NCBI GenBank assembly: GCA_022616725.1
Contig: JAKEEH010000149.1
Coordinates: forward strand, 4,664 to 68,663
Length of the DNA: 64,000 nucleotides
Origin: Limisphaerales bacterium
GTDB taxonomy: Bacteria > Verrucomicrobiota > Verrucomicrobiia > Limisphaerales > JAKEEH01
Reading direction: 5' to 3'
Below the pieces are notes generated by a model, which saw nothing but the letters and a program-made list of their open reading frames with translations, made no database searches and was not told the DNA's origin. Below are positions 51,617-59,551 of this stretch, one piece after another; positions within the stretch are counted from its first letter, which is position 1; the number at the start of each line of letters is the position of its first letter. The position numbers and the translations under genes are program-made.

Positions 51617-53719
51617 ATGAAAACCATGCACCCAGTCTTTGTTACCGCACTGGCTGAAACCCTTATCTGCGCGGCTCTTCAGGCCGCGACGACTTTCACT
51701 GTCACGACCATCAACGACGGCGGCGCCGGATCACTGCGGCAGGCGATTGCGAGCGCGAACGCCGCGCCCGGGCCGGACATGATCGTTTTCAACATTCCGC
51801 CTGACGATGGCACTGTAAAGACGATCCTCATCACCAATGCTCTGCCCACGATCACTGGCCCTGTGGTCATTGACGGTTACACGCAGCCCGGCGCCTCGGT
51901 CAACACCATGGCCACGGCGGACAACGCCAAACTGCTCATCGAAATAACCAGCACAAACAATCGAAACGGCCTGATCATTAGCGCGGGCGACAGCACGGTG
52001 CGCGGCCTCGTGCTGAATCGCCTCCAGACGGGGATAACCCTCGAGACCCGCGGCAGCAACATCATCGAGGGCAATTTCATTGGCACAGACCCGACGGGAA
52101 CGATCGATCGTGGGAACAACGGTTTCGGCGTTTGGGCCTCGACCGGCTCGCCCACGAACACCATCGGTGGCCTGACTCCAGCCGCCCGAAATGTTATCGC
52201 TGGCAATGAAAACAACGGCATACGGCTCGGCACGTCTGGAAACATCGTGCAAGGCAATTTCATCGGCCCGAACGTCACCGGCACCAATGCTTTGCCCAAC
52301 ACTCAGGGGATCTACGTCGGCGCAAACCGCAATCTCATTGGCGGCGCGGTCGCGGGAGCTGGCAACGTGATCTCAGGGAATAATGGCGATGGCATACAAG
52401 TGGTAAACGCGTCCTTCAATCTCATCCAGGGCAATCTGATCGGGACCGATCCGACGGGCACGCGGGCCATGGGCAACGCAGGGAATGGCGTCAGCAGCAT
52501 CGGTGGACTTGACGGGACGAACGTCATCGGAGGCACGAGCGCAGCGGCCCGCAATATCATCTCCGGTAACAACCAGAACGGATTAAATCTTGGCAATCCA
52601 GGCAACATCATCCAGGGCAACTTTATCGGTACGGACATCACCGGCATCGCCGATCTTGGGAATGGCAACTATGGCGTGCACCTGGGCGTGAACAGTGACA
52701 ACATCCTCATCGGCGGTGCCGCCGCTGGCGCTCAGAATCTCATCTCCGGTAACGAGAACTTTGGCATCAACCTCAGCGGCGCCGGCTCCACGAATATGGT
52801 GCAAGGCAACCGCATTGGCACTGACGTGACCGGTGAGAGCCCTCTGCCCAATTCCCGCGGAGGCGTCCGGATATTTACGAGCCGCAGCAATCGAATCGGG
52901 GGCAGCGCCGCCGGCGAGGGGAACCGTATCGCCTTCAATATGGGCCCGGGGATCGCCATCGAAGGCGGCAATGACACGAACAACGTTATCAGCGGCAACT
53001 CGATATTTGGCAATACAGCCCTGGGAATCGATTTGCTTGGCCCGAGGACGAATGACACGTGCGATGTGGATACCGGCCCGAACCGACATCAGAACTTCCC
53101 GGTGCTGACGAACGCTACCGTCGGCCTTGCCGGCGTGACCATTCAAGGTTTCATGCCCGGCGCTGCGAACACAACCTACACCTTGGAATTCTTTGCCAAT
53201 CTCAGTTGCGACCCAAGTGGGCATGGCGAAGGGCAGATCTACCTCGGATCGGCCACGGTCACGACGGGCCCCTCCTGCACGAATACTTTCACCGCCAACC
53301 TGGTCGCAGCCGTCCCATGCCGGTTCTACGCAACGGCCACCGCCACCGACCAGCATGGAAACACTTCTGAGTTTTCCGCCTGTTTCCTCTCTGTTGGTGT
53401 GGATACGGACGGCGACGGGGCTTGCGACCTCGAGGAAGTGCTTGCCCACACCGACCCCAATGACACGAATTCCGTCTTCCGCATCACTTCCATCACGCGA
53501 GAGGGCGACGATATTCGCGTCGCGTGGCAAGGCGGCGGGGGCACCACGAACATATTACAGACGACCACCGGGACTCCGATGGGCGCCTTGATCGGCAACT
53601 TCACCGACGCACCGCCGGGAATCGAATTAACCGGCGCAGGCGATGTCTTGACGAATCACCTTCACATGGGCGGAGCAACGAACCGCGCCCGCTACTATCG
53701 GGTCCGTCTGGTAAGGTAA
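51617..53719 (+). CDS. CSLREA-domain right-handed beta-helix repeat protein (secreted)
   Basis: 700 aa with a signal peptide. GAGSLRQAIASANAAPGPDMIVFNIP is a CSLREA-type cap. About 12 repeats of N.I.GN.IGTD.TG... follow. The C-terminal part includes TDGDGACDLEE and the tail GGATNRARYYRVRLVR. Confidence 0.8.
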   Translation: MKTMHPVFVTALAETLICAALQAATTFTVTTINDGGAGSLRQAIASANAAPGPDMIVFNIPPDDGTVKTILITNALPTITGPVVIDGYTQPGASVNTMATADNAKLLIEITSTNNRNGLIISAGDSTVRGLVLNRLQTGITLETRGSNIIEGNFIGTDPTGTIDRGNNGFGVWASTGSPTNTIGGLTPAARNVIAGNENNGIRLGTSGNIVQGNFIGPNVTGTNALPNTQGIYVGANRNLIGGAVAGAGNVISGNNGDGIQVVNASFNLIQGNLIGTDPTGTRAMGNAGNGVSSIGGLDGTNVIGGTSAAARNIISGNNQNGLNLGNPGNIIQGNFIGTDITGIADLGNGNYGVHLGVNSDNILIGGAAAGAQNLISGNENFGINLSGAGSTNMVQGNRIGTDVTGESPLPNSRGGVRIFTSRSNRIGGSAAGEGNRIAFNMGPGIAIEGGNDTNNVISGNSIFGNTALGIDLLGPRTNDTCDVDTGPNRHQNFPVLTNATVGLAGVTIQGFMPGAANTTYTLEFFANLSCDPSGHGEGQIYLGSATVTTGPSCTNTFTANLVAAVPCRFYATATATDQHGNTSEFSACFLSVGVDTDGDGACDLEEVLAHTDPNDTNSVFRITSITREGDDIRVAWQGGGGTTNILQTTTGTPMGALIGNFTDAPPGIELTGAGDVLTNHLHMGGATNRARYYRVRLVR

Positions 53720-53819
53720 CGTCCCGTGGACCGATCCAGTTGAGAGTCTCTCAACTCTCACCGTCAGATACCCCAATAGTCGTATTTACGTCTGAACGCC
53801 CGATCGCCAAGCTGGTAGC

Positions 53820-54608
53820 GTGAGTCAATTGGATGACATTCAGCGCGCGGCGCAGGAACAGTTTGGCCGTCAGAGCCACCGCTACGGACGGGGGCACATT
53901 CTGGAGAATATCGAAGACGTGCGAGCGGCGATTGATCCTTTGGATTTGAAACCTGGCATGAAGGCGCTCGACGTGGCGACGGGCGGCGGCCACACCGGTA
54001 TCTATCTCGCCAGCCTGGGATGTGACGTTACTCTGGCCGATATTGCCGAACCGATGTTGCAGCGGGCCGCAGCCGCAGCCGACGCGCTCGGATACAAGGT
54101 CAAAACCGAGCTGCACGCGGCGGAAAACATGCCTTACGCCCATAGCTGCTTCGACATCGTCACCTGCCGCGTTGCGCCGCACCACTTCAGCTCGCCTGAA
54201 GCGTTTATTGCCGAAACAGCGCGCGTCCTCGCTCCCGGCGGTTGGTTCGTCCTCATCGATGGCACAGTCGAAGATGGCCAGCTCGAGGCGGAGGAATGGG
54301 CGCATCAGCTCGAGAAACTCCGCGACCCCAGCCACAACCGACTGCTAACCCCCGGTCAATGGACCCGCCTTTGCAAGAGCAATGGCCTCAACGTCACGCG
54401 CACCGTCGTCACACCCTTCAAGCAACCTGACCTCCAGTGGTACTTCGAGACTGCGGCTACCCCGCTGGCGAACCGCGTTCGCGTCCGCGAACTGATAGCC
54501 AACGCCCCCGATTCCGCCCGCCGCCTCTTCCGCCTCGGCGAAGAAAACGGAAAGATCGTCTGGTGGTGGCAACGCCTGACCCTCGTCGCGCGCAAGCAGA
54601 CGATCTGA
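53820..54608 (+). CDS. Class I SAM-dependent methyltransferase
   Basis: 262 aa with a GTG start. Motif I is ALDVATGGGHTGIYLASLG, followed by FDIVTCRVAPHHF and LAPGGWFVLID. Confidence 0.85.
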   Translation: MSQLDDIQRAAQEQFGRQSHRYGRGHILENIEDVRAAIDPLDLKPGMKALDVATGGGHTGIYLASLGCDVTLADIAEPMLQRAAAAADALGYKVKTELHAAENMPYAHSCFDIVTCRVAPHHFSSPEAFIAETARVLAPGGWFVLIDGTVEDGQLEAEEWAHQLEKLRDPSHNRLLTPGQWTRLCKSNGLNVTRTVVTPFKQPDLQWYFETAATPLANRVRVRELIANAPDSARRLFRLGEENGKIVWWWQRLTLVARKQTI

Positions 54609-54853
54609 TCTCGACGAACGCCTTAGCTTTTCCCTCTCCCTCAGGGTTAGGGTGAGGGCGACTCGAATTTCGTTCGCTTCGTTCCTACGCTCTCTCCTGT
54701 GGGAAGCTCCGGCAAGCGCACCTGCCAGTTCGTGCCCGTCCGGAAGGACTTCGCTTCGTTCGCGGCTGATTAGAGAGTGACAAGTGTACAATATTATATA
54801 ATCTTTCGATAATTGTATGTTCATAATGCGCGCAATTCATTGAGAAAAACGTG

Positions 54854-54882
54854 GTTGCTTTTTAGCTTAAATTGTTGTATAA
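54854..54882 (+). promoter_or_regulatory. Near-consensus sigma-70 promoter (extended -10) inside the AT-rich segment
   Basis: TTGCTT (54854..54859), 17 nt, then TGTATAAT (TATAAT at 54877..54882). An ATG at 54889, 7 nt after the -10, opens a 41-codon ORF (MKHGNYNDDVPRNGVRTARRKAVCVHGMDRLAQGISKLEHF) that would be leaderless. Further TATAAT boxes are at 54796..54801 and 54905..54910. Confidence 0.35.
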
Positions 54883-55000
54883 TACTCCTATGAAACACGG
54901 TAACTATAATGATGACGTGCCACGAAACGGCGTAAGAACAGCCCGACGGAAGGCCGTTTGCGTCCATGGAATGGATCGGCTTGCGCAGGGAATCTCGAAA

Positions 55001-55088
55001 CTTGAACATTTTTGAACAAAATTGAACATTTTTGAACACGCACCTGTGAAAAATCTGAGCAAAATGAAGAAATTGAACAAAATTGAAC
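55001..55088. repeat. Phased TTGAACA direct repeats (10-bp period)
   Basis: TTGAACA starts at 55001, 55011, 55021, 55031 (exactly 10 bp apart) and at 55072 and 55082. The 55031 and 55082 copies are each followed, 3 nt and 0 nt downstream respectively, by CCTGTG. Confidence 0.8.
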
Positions 55089-55162
55089 ACCTGTGGGGGT
55101 GGGTGGGGTATGTTTCATTTTCCGTTTCCGCGTTGGCCAGGGGGTGGAAAAAAGCAGCCAAA

Positions 55163-55335
55163 ACCCTTCAACCCTTCAACTCTTCCACCCTTCAACCAAT
55201 CGAAACCGGAAAGAACCGGACAAAAAACCGGACAAACCTACCGCGCAACAGCCTTTCTACCAACCACTTACAAATATGGCATGGACTGGATTACCGATTC
55301 AACGAACTTTAACGATTTAACGATTCAACTAACTT
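55163..55335. repeat. 8-bp-period TTCAA arrays and AACCGGA triplet in the hydrolase leader
   Basis: cccttcaa|cccttcaa|ctcttcca|cccttcaa (55163..55194). AACCGGA at 55203, 55213 and 55225. gattcaac|gaacttta|acgattta|acgattca|actaactt (55295..55334), ending 5 nt before ATG 55340. Confidence 0.8.
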
Positions 55336-55339
55336 CCTC

Positions 55340-56917
55340 ATGACACCCGATCCTCGACATCCAATCATATACGTGCGCGGCTTCGCCGGAACCCAGGGCG
55401 AAGTGGAAGACACCGTCGCCGATCCGTACATGGGTTTCAACATTGGCTCGGCCAAATACCGGCAGATGTGGACCGGCGAGATCAAGCGGTTCTTCTTCGA
55501 ATCGCCCATGGTCCGGCTGTTCAAGGAGCATGAATATGACGACGTCTATGTCGATGGTATGGACCAGGTGCTGGATGTCGGCGCTTCGGAGCCGATCCCG
55601 TACCGATCTTTGATCATCTATCGCTACTACGAACCGGCCTCGAAACAGTTAGGCTCGGGCCGGCTGCCGGAAATGGAGGATTACGCCCTCGGGTTGAGCG
55701 ATCTCATCCTGCGCCTCCGCGACAAGGTTTGCGCCAACCCTGAGAACAAGATCAAACCTGGCGCATTCAGAGTCTATCTGGTCGCGCATTCCATGGGTGG
55801 CTTGATCTGCCGCGCCTTTCTGCAAAATCCGAAGCTCGGCGATCCTCAGGCCCGCGCCGTCGTGGACAAAGTCTTTACCTACGGCACCCCCCACAATGGC
55901 ATTGATTTCCGCCTGATCGGCAACGTTCCAGAATGGTTCAGTTTTCACAATACGAACGACTTCAACCGCGAACGCATGGCCGAGTACCTGAACCTCAAGG
56001 CCGAATACAAAGCCCAAAAGGGTGACAAAGACGTTAGCATCCTTAAAAACTTCGATCCGGACCGCCTTTTCAATATGGTAGGCACCAACGCCGGCGATTA
56101 CACCGTCGGGCGCGGCATTTCCCGCTTCCTGGCTGGCGAGACCAGTGACGGGCTCGTCCACATCAAAAACGCGACCACCCATGGCAAGTGGAACGGGCGA
56201 GAGATTTCTTCCCCTCGCGCGTTCGTTTATCGCAGCCACTCGGGGCACTTCGGAATCGTCAATTCCGAGGAGGGCTACCAGAACCTCACCCGGTTCTTTT
56301 TCGGCAACGTGCGGGTCGATGGCGTGCTCGAAATCGACGAACTGACGCTGCCCGAGAAGGTTCAGCGAGCCAAGGACGCCGGCAAAGAAATCCGCGCCTC
56401 CTACCATTTTGAAGTCATCGTCAGCGTGCGCGGCAAGCAATGGGAAATGCACCGGCGAACGGTCAGTGAGAACTCCGCTGTCTTTTGCCGCTACGACGAC
56501 CTGTTTGACAAGCGAACAAAGAAGGCGCTCCGCGAAAACAGCCCGCACCTGTTTTCGGCCTTCCTCGACAGTTCCAAACGCATCAACGCCAAACGCCCGT
56601 CACTCGGCTTTGCCATCGATCTGCGGGTCATGGTGCCGGACTACGTCGTCGATGGCTTTCTCTTTCTCGACGATCACTACGAAGGCGGGCACATCTACCG
56701 CGATCGTATTTATTTTGAAGCTACCCCGCCCTCCCGGCCGGGCGAGAAATGGTCTGTGAACTACGGATTCGAAAGTCAGACACCCAACGCCGCGAACACG
56801 CGCGCGACCCTGGAAAGGTCCACCGCGGGTGACATGTCGTTCATGATTCCCATTTTCCAGGAAACGCGTCCGGGGATCAGGGCGAACCTTCGCGTTACGG
56901 CCCGCAAGTGGGGGTGA
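55340..56917 (+). CDS. Lipase-like alpha/beta hydrolase (PGAP1/DUF676-like N-terminal domain) with C-terminal domain of about 200 aa of unknown function
   Basis: 525 aa. PIIYVRGFAG, nucleophile elbow VAHSMGG, candidate acid SDGLV and His in HSGHFG. No signal peptide. The C-terminal half has no recognisable motif. Confidence 0.7.
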   Translation: MTPDPRHPIIYVRGFAGTQGEVEDTVADPYMGFNIGSAKYRQMWTGEIKRFFFESPMVRLFKEHEYDDVYVDGMDQVLDVGASEPIPYRSLIIYRYYEPASKQLGSGRLPEMEDYALGLSDLILRLRDKVCANPENKIKPGAFRVYLVAHSMGGLICRAFLQNPKLGDPQARAVVDKVFTYGTPHNGIDFRLIGNVPEWFSFHNTNDFNRERMAEYLNLKAEYKAQKGDKDVSILKNFDPDRLFNMVGTNAGDYTVGRGISRFLAGETSDGLVHIKNATTHGKWNGREISSPRAFVYRSHSGHFGIVNSEEGYQNLTRFFFGNVRVDGVLEIDELTLPEKVQRAKDAGKEIRASYHFEVIVSVRGKQWEMHRRTVSENSAVFCRYDDLFDKRTKKALRENSPHLFSAFLDSSKRINAKRPSLGFAIDLRVMVPDYVVDGFLFLDDHYEGGHIYRDRIYFEATPPSRPGEKWSVNYGFESQTPNAANTRATLERSTAGDMSFMIPIFQETRPGIRANLRVTARKWG

Positions 56918-57044
56918 AACGTCAAATGGAAAACAGCGAGAACTCGATAAAAAAGCGGGGTTGCTGGAATCATCGGCGAAAGTTAAACTCTGGAGTAGTC
57001 ATGAAATTATCGGTGTTTGGAAGCTCACGGCTGAACGAAGATTT

Positions 57045-58475
57045 ATGACTGACCGACGCCCGTTCGCGAACCCATACTCACGCCGCGATTTCCTTCTCCG
57101 CGGCGGCGGGTTCGGTGTGCTCGCGCTCAGTTACCTGCTGGGTGGAAATCCGCTGTTCGGATCCTTAAAGAAGTCTTCTTCGCCGCTTGGACCCAGATCG
57201 CCCCATTTCCCCGCCAAAGCAAAGAGCGTCATTTTCCTCTTCATGGAAGGCGGGCCCAGCCACATCGACCTGTTCGATCCCAAACCCATGCTCAACGAGC
57301 TGGCCGGGAAACCTATTCCGCCCAGCTTCGCCAAAGTCATCACCGCGATGGGCGAATTCAATTCCCCGCTGCTGGGGGCCCCGCGCACCTGGAAACAGCA
57401 CGGCCAAAGCGGCATTTGGGTATCGGAGTGGCTTCCGCACATCGCCGAATGCGCAGACCATCTCGCGGTGATCCGCTCCTGTTGGGCCGATGGGATCAAT
57501 CACTCCTCCGGTATATGCCAGATGAATACCGGCTCGATCCTGGCCGGGCGACCGTCACTGGGCGCGTGGGTCTCGTATGGGCTCGGCACTGAAAATCAAA
57601 ACCTGCCGGCGTTCGTCGTCATGCAGGACAACAACGCCACAGTGGTAAATGGGCCGCGGAACTGGGGTTCGGGCTTCATGCCGGCCGTTTACCAGGGCAC
57701 GCGGCTCTCGTTCGGGACGGAGCCGATCCCCAACCTCAACACGCCGGACTCAGTCAGCGCCGAGCAGCAGCGCGGCAAACTCGATTATTTGAACGAGCTG
57801 AATCGCCGCCACACTCTGAACCGCCAGCAGCAAACGGAACTCGACGCCCGCATCGCCAGTTACGAACTGGCCTTCCGCATGCAGGCCGAGGCGCCGGAAA
57901 CGGCGGACATTTCCAGCGAATCCGAAGCGACGAAACAACTCTACGGCCTCGATACTCGCGAAACCATGACCATGGGCCGGAACTGCCTCCTCGCCCGGCG
58001 TCTGGTCGAACGCGGCGTTCGCTTCGTCCAGATCTATCATGGCGCGGGCAACAAATGGGACGCACACAGCGGCATCGAAAAGAGTCATCCCGAACTTTGC
58101 CGTTCCATGGACAAACCCGTTGCCGGCCTCCTCAGAGATTTGAAGGCCCGCGGCCTCTTGGAATCAACCCTGGTTGTTTGGGGTGGCGAATTCGGCCGCA
58201 CCCCGATGTCGGAAAAGGGCGATGGCCGCGACCATAACCCGACAGGCTTTACGATGTGGATGGCCGGGGGCGGGGTCAAAGGCGGCCAGACCATCGGCAC
58301 AACCGACGAAGTCGGGCTGCACGCCGTCCAGGACCGCTTGCACGTGCACGATCTCCACGCGACGATTCTTTACCTCATGGGCATCGATCACATGGAGTTG
58401 GTCTATCGCTACAAAGGGCGTCCGGAACGCCCCACCCTGAACGAAGGCGAAGCGTACAGGAAAATTGCCGGGTGA
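57045..58475 (+). CDS. DUF1501 domain protein (second copy), Tat signal
   Basis: Start at ATG 57045 (MTDRRPFANPYSRRDFLLRGGGFGVLAL). FLFMEGGPSHIDLFDPKP, GEFGRTPMSEKGDGRDHNPTGF. No DUF1549/DUF1553 partner is adjacent. Confidence 0.9.
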   Translation: MTDRRPFANPYSRRDFLLRGGGFGVLALSYLLGGNPLFGSLKKSSSPLGPRSPHFPAKAKSVIFLFMEGGPSHIDLFDPKPMLNELAGKPIPPSFAKVITAMGEFNSPLLGAPRTWKQHGQSGIWVSEWLPHIAECADHLAVIRSCWADGINHSSGICQMNTGSILAGRPSLGAWVSYGLGTENQNLPAFVVMQDNNATVVNGPRNWGSGFMPAVYQGTRLSFGTEPIPNLNTPDSVSAEQQRGKLDYLNELNRRHTLNRQQQTELDARIASYELAFRMQAEAPETADISSESEATKQLYGLDTRETMTMGRNCLLARRLVERGVRFVQIYHGAGNKWDAHSGIEKSHPELCRSMDKPVAGLLRDLKARGLLESTLVVWGGEFGRTPMSEKGDGRDHNPTGFTMWMAGGGVKGGQTIGTTDEVGLHAVQDRLHVHDLHATILYLMGIDHMELVYRYKGRPERPTLNEGEAYRKIAG

Positions 58476-58495
58476 ACTGGCCGCAGCTTCGGGTT

Positions 58496-59272
58496 TCAAA
58501 TCCCGATCCGCTTCAGCAACTCCTGCGTCAACACCTCATACGCGGCGGCGCCAGCGCTGTATTTGTCGTAGTAGATGATCGGTTTGCCGAAGCTGGGCGC
58601 TTCCGCCAGCCGCGTGGTGCGCGGAATCACCGTCTCGAACACCGCCTCCCCAAAATGCTTTCGCACCTCCTCAACCACCTGCTGCGAGAGCCGCGTCCGC
58701 CCGTCAAACATCGTCATAACGACGCCGGTAAGCTTTAAGCCGGGGTTCACCCCTCCATCGCGAAGCTGGTTCATCAACCGATTGATCATCGAAATGCCTT
58801 CCAGCGCGTAATATTCGCACTGCAACGGAACTAGAAGCCCTTCGGAGGCGGCAAAGGCATTTAAGGTGAGAATGCCGAGCGATGGCGGGCAATCGATCAT
58901 CACAATGTCAAAACGGCCACTTTGCACTACCGGCTCCAGCAGGCTCCTGACCCGCTGCAAATGGTTCTCCATGCGAACGATCTCGACATCCGCGCCGCAC
59001 ATATCCAACTCACTGGGAATGATTTCCAGGCGGTCGAAGGCAGTCTTTTGAATTCGATCCAGGAGGTTTCCCTCGCCGAGCAAGGGTCGATAAGCGCTGC
59101 CGCCTTCCGTTTTCTCGAGTCCCAAGCCGCTCGTGGCGTTGGCTTGCGGGTCCAGATCAAAGAGCAACATGCGCTGGCCGACTGCGGCGAGGCATGCAGC
59201 GACATTCACAGCCGTCGTTGTTTTTCCAACGCCGCCCTTCTGATTCGCCACCGCGATTACGCGTGTCTGCAC
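58496..59272 (-). CDS. parA: ParA/Soj-family ATPase
   Basis: 258 aa with a GTG start. Deviant Walker A VANQKGGVGKTTT, then DLDPQANAT and DCPPSLG. No parB follows. Confidence 0.9.
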   Translation of the reverse strand: MQTRVIAVANQKGGVGKTTTAVNVAACLAAVGQRMLLFDLDPQANATSGLGLEKTEGGSAYRPLLGEGNLLDRIQKTAFDRLEIIPSELDMCGADVEIVRMENHLQRVRSLLEPVVQSGRFDIVMIDCPPSLGILTLNAFAASEGLLVPLQCEYYALEGISMINRLMNQLRDGGVNPGLKLTGVVMTMFDGRTRLSQQVVEEVRKHFGEAVFETVIPRTTRLAEAPSFGKPIIYYDKYSAGAAAYEVLTQELLKRIGI

Positions 59273-59356
59273 GCGCAGATTAAACGGCAGTGACCAATCC
59301 AGCGCAAGTAATTGGGACGCGCGATTCGTTGAGCTGACGGCCCGCCGGAAGAATTG

Positions 59357-59455
59357 GGCCGCATAAATGCGGAACTCCGAGACGTCACAGCAATCGAATG
59401 CACAACAAGATTCCTTTCGCCAATTGAATCGTCGGAGTTCCGCATTTATGCGGCC
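59357..59455. mobile_element. 99-bp element with perfect 24-bp terminal inverted repeats (MITE/REP-like)
   Basis: GGCCGCATAAATGCGGAACTCCGA (59357..59380) and TCGGAGTTCCGCATTTATGCGGCC (59432..59455) are exact reverse complements. Each arm also contains its own hairpin CCGCA-taaa-TGCGG. It lies in the parA/sulfatase divergent intergenic region. Confidence 0.6.
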
Positions 59456-59551
59456 ATCTTTCTTTTCGAGCCCATTTACGGAAATTGTTAAATTGCTATA
59501 TTGAAAAATCTCGCCAGTACCGATTGCCGCTGATACTCACGGAAGCGTGAA

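Noticed and set aside
51487-53719. Shared C-terminal segment of the mini and large CSLREA genes as a diversity-generating retroelement TR/VR pair
   Set aside because: The differences between the two copies involve all four bases and are mostly synonymous, with no adenine-specific pattern. No reverse transcriptase gene is present.
55001-55088. TGAACA/TGTTCA repeats as Verrucomicrobia-type LexA boxes (as I recall, a palindromic TGTTC-N4-GAACA motif)
   Set aside because: All six copies have the same orientation (direct repeats). No inverted TGTTC...GAACA dyad is formed.
54776-55130. AT-rich segment with phased repeats as a replication origin (oriC), given the nearby parA
   Set aside because: No DnaA-box-like TTATCCACA motifs occur in the segment and there is no dnaA/dnaN/gid context. 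The repeats are TTGAACA, not DnaA boxes.
49960-56548. Other long shadow ORFs: 49960..50865 (+), 52583..53530 (-) and 55649..56548 (-)
   Set aside because: They are antisense to the HAF/HYR protein, the beta-helix protein and the hydrolase. The repeat structure of the true genes generates long open antisense frames.
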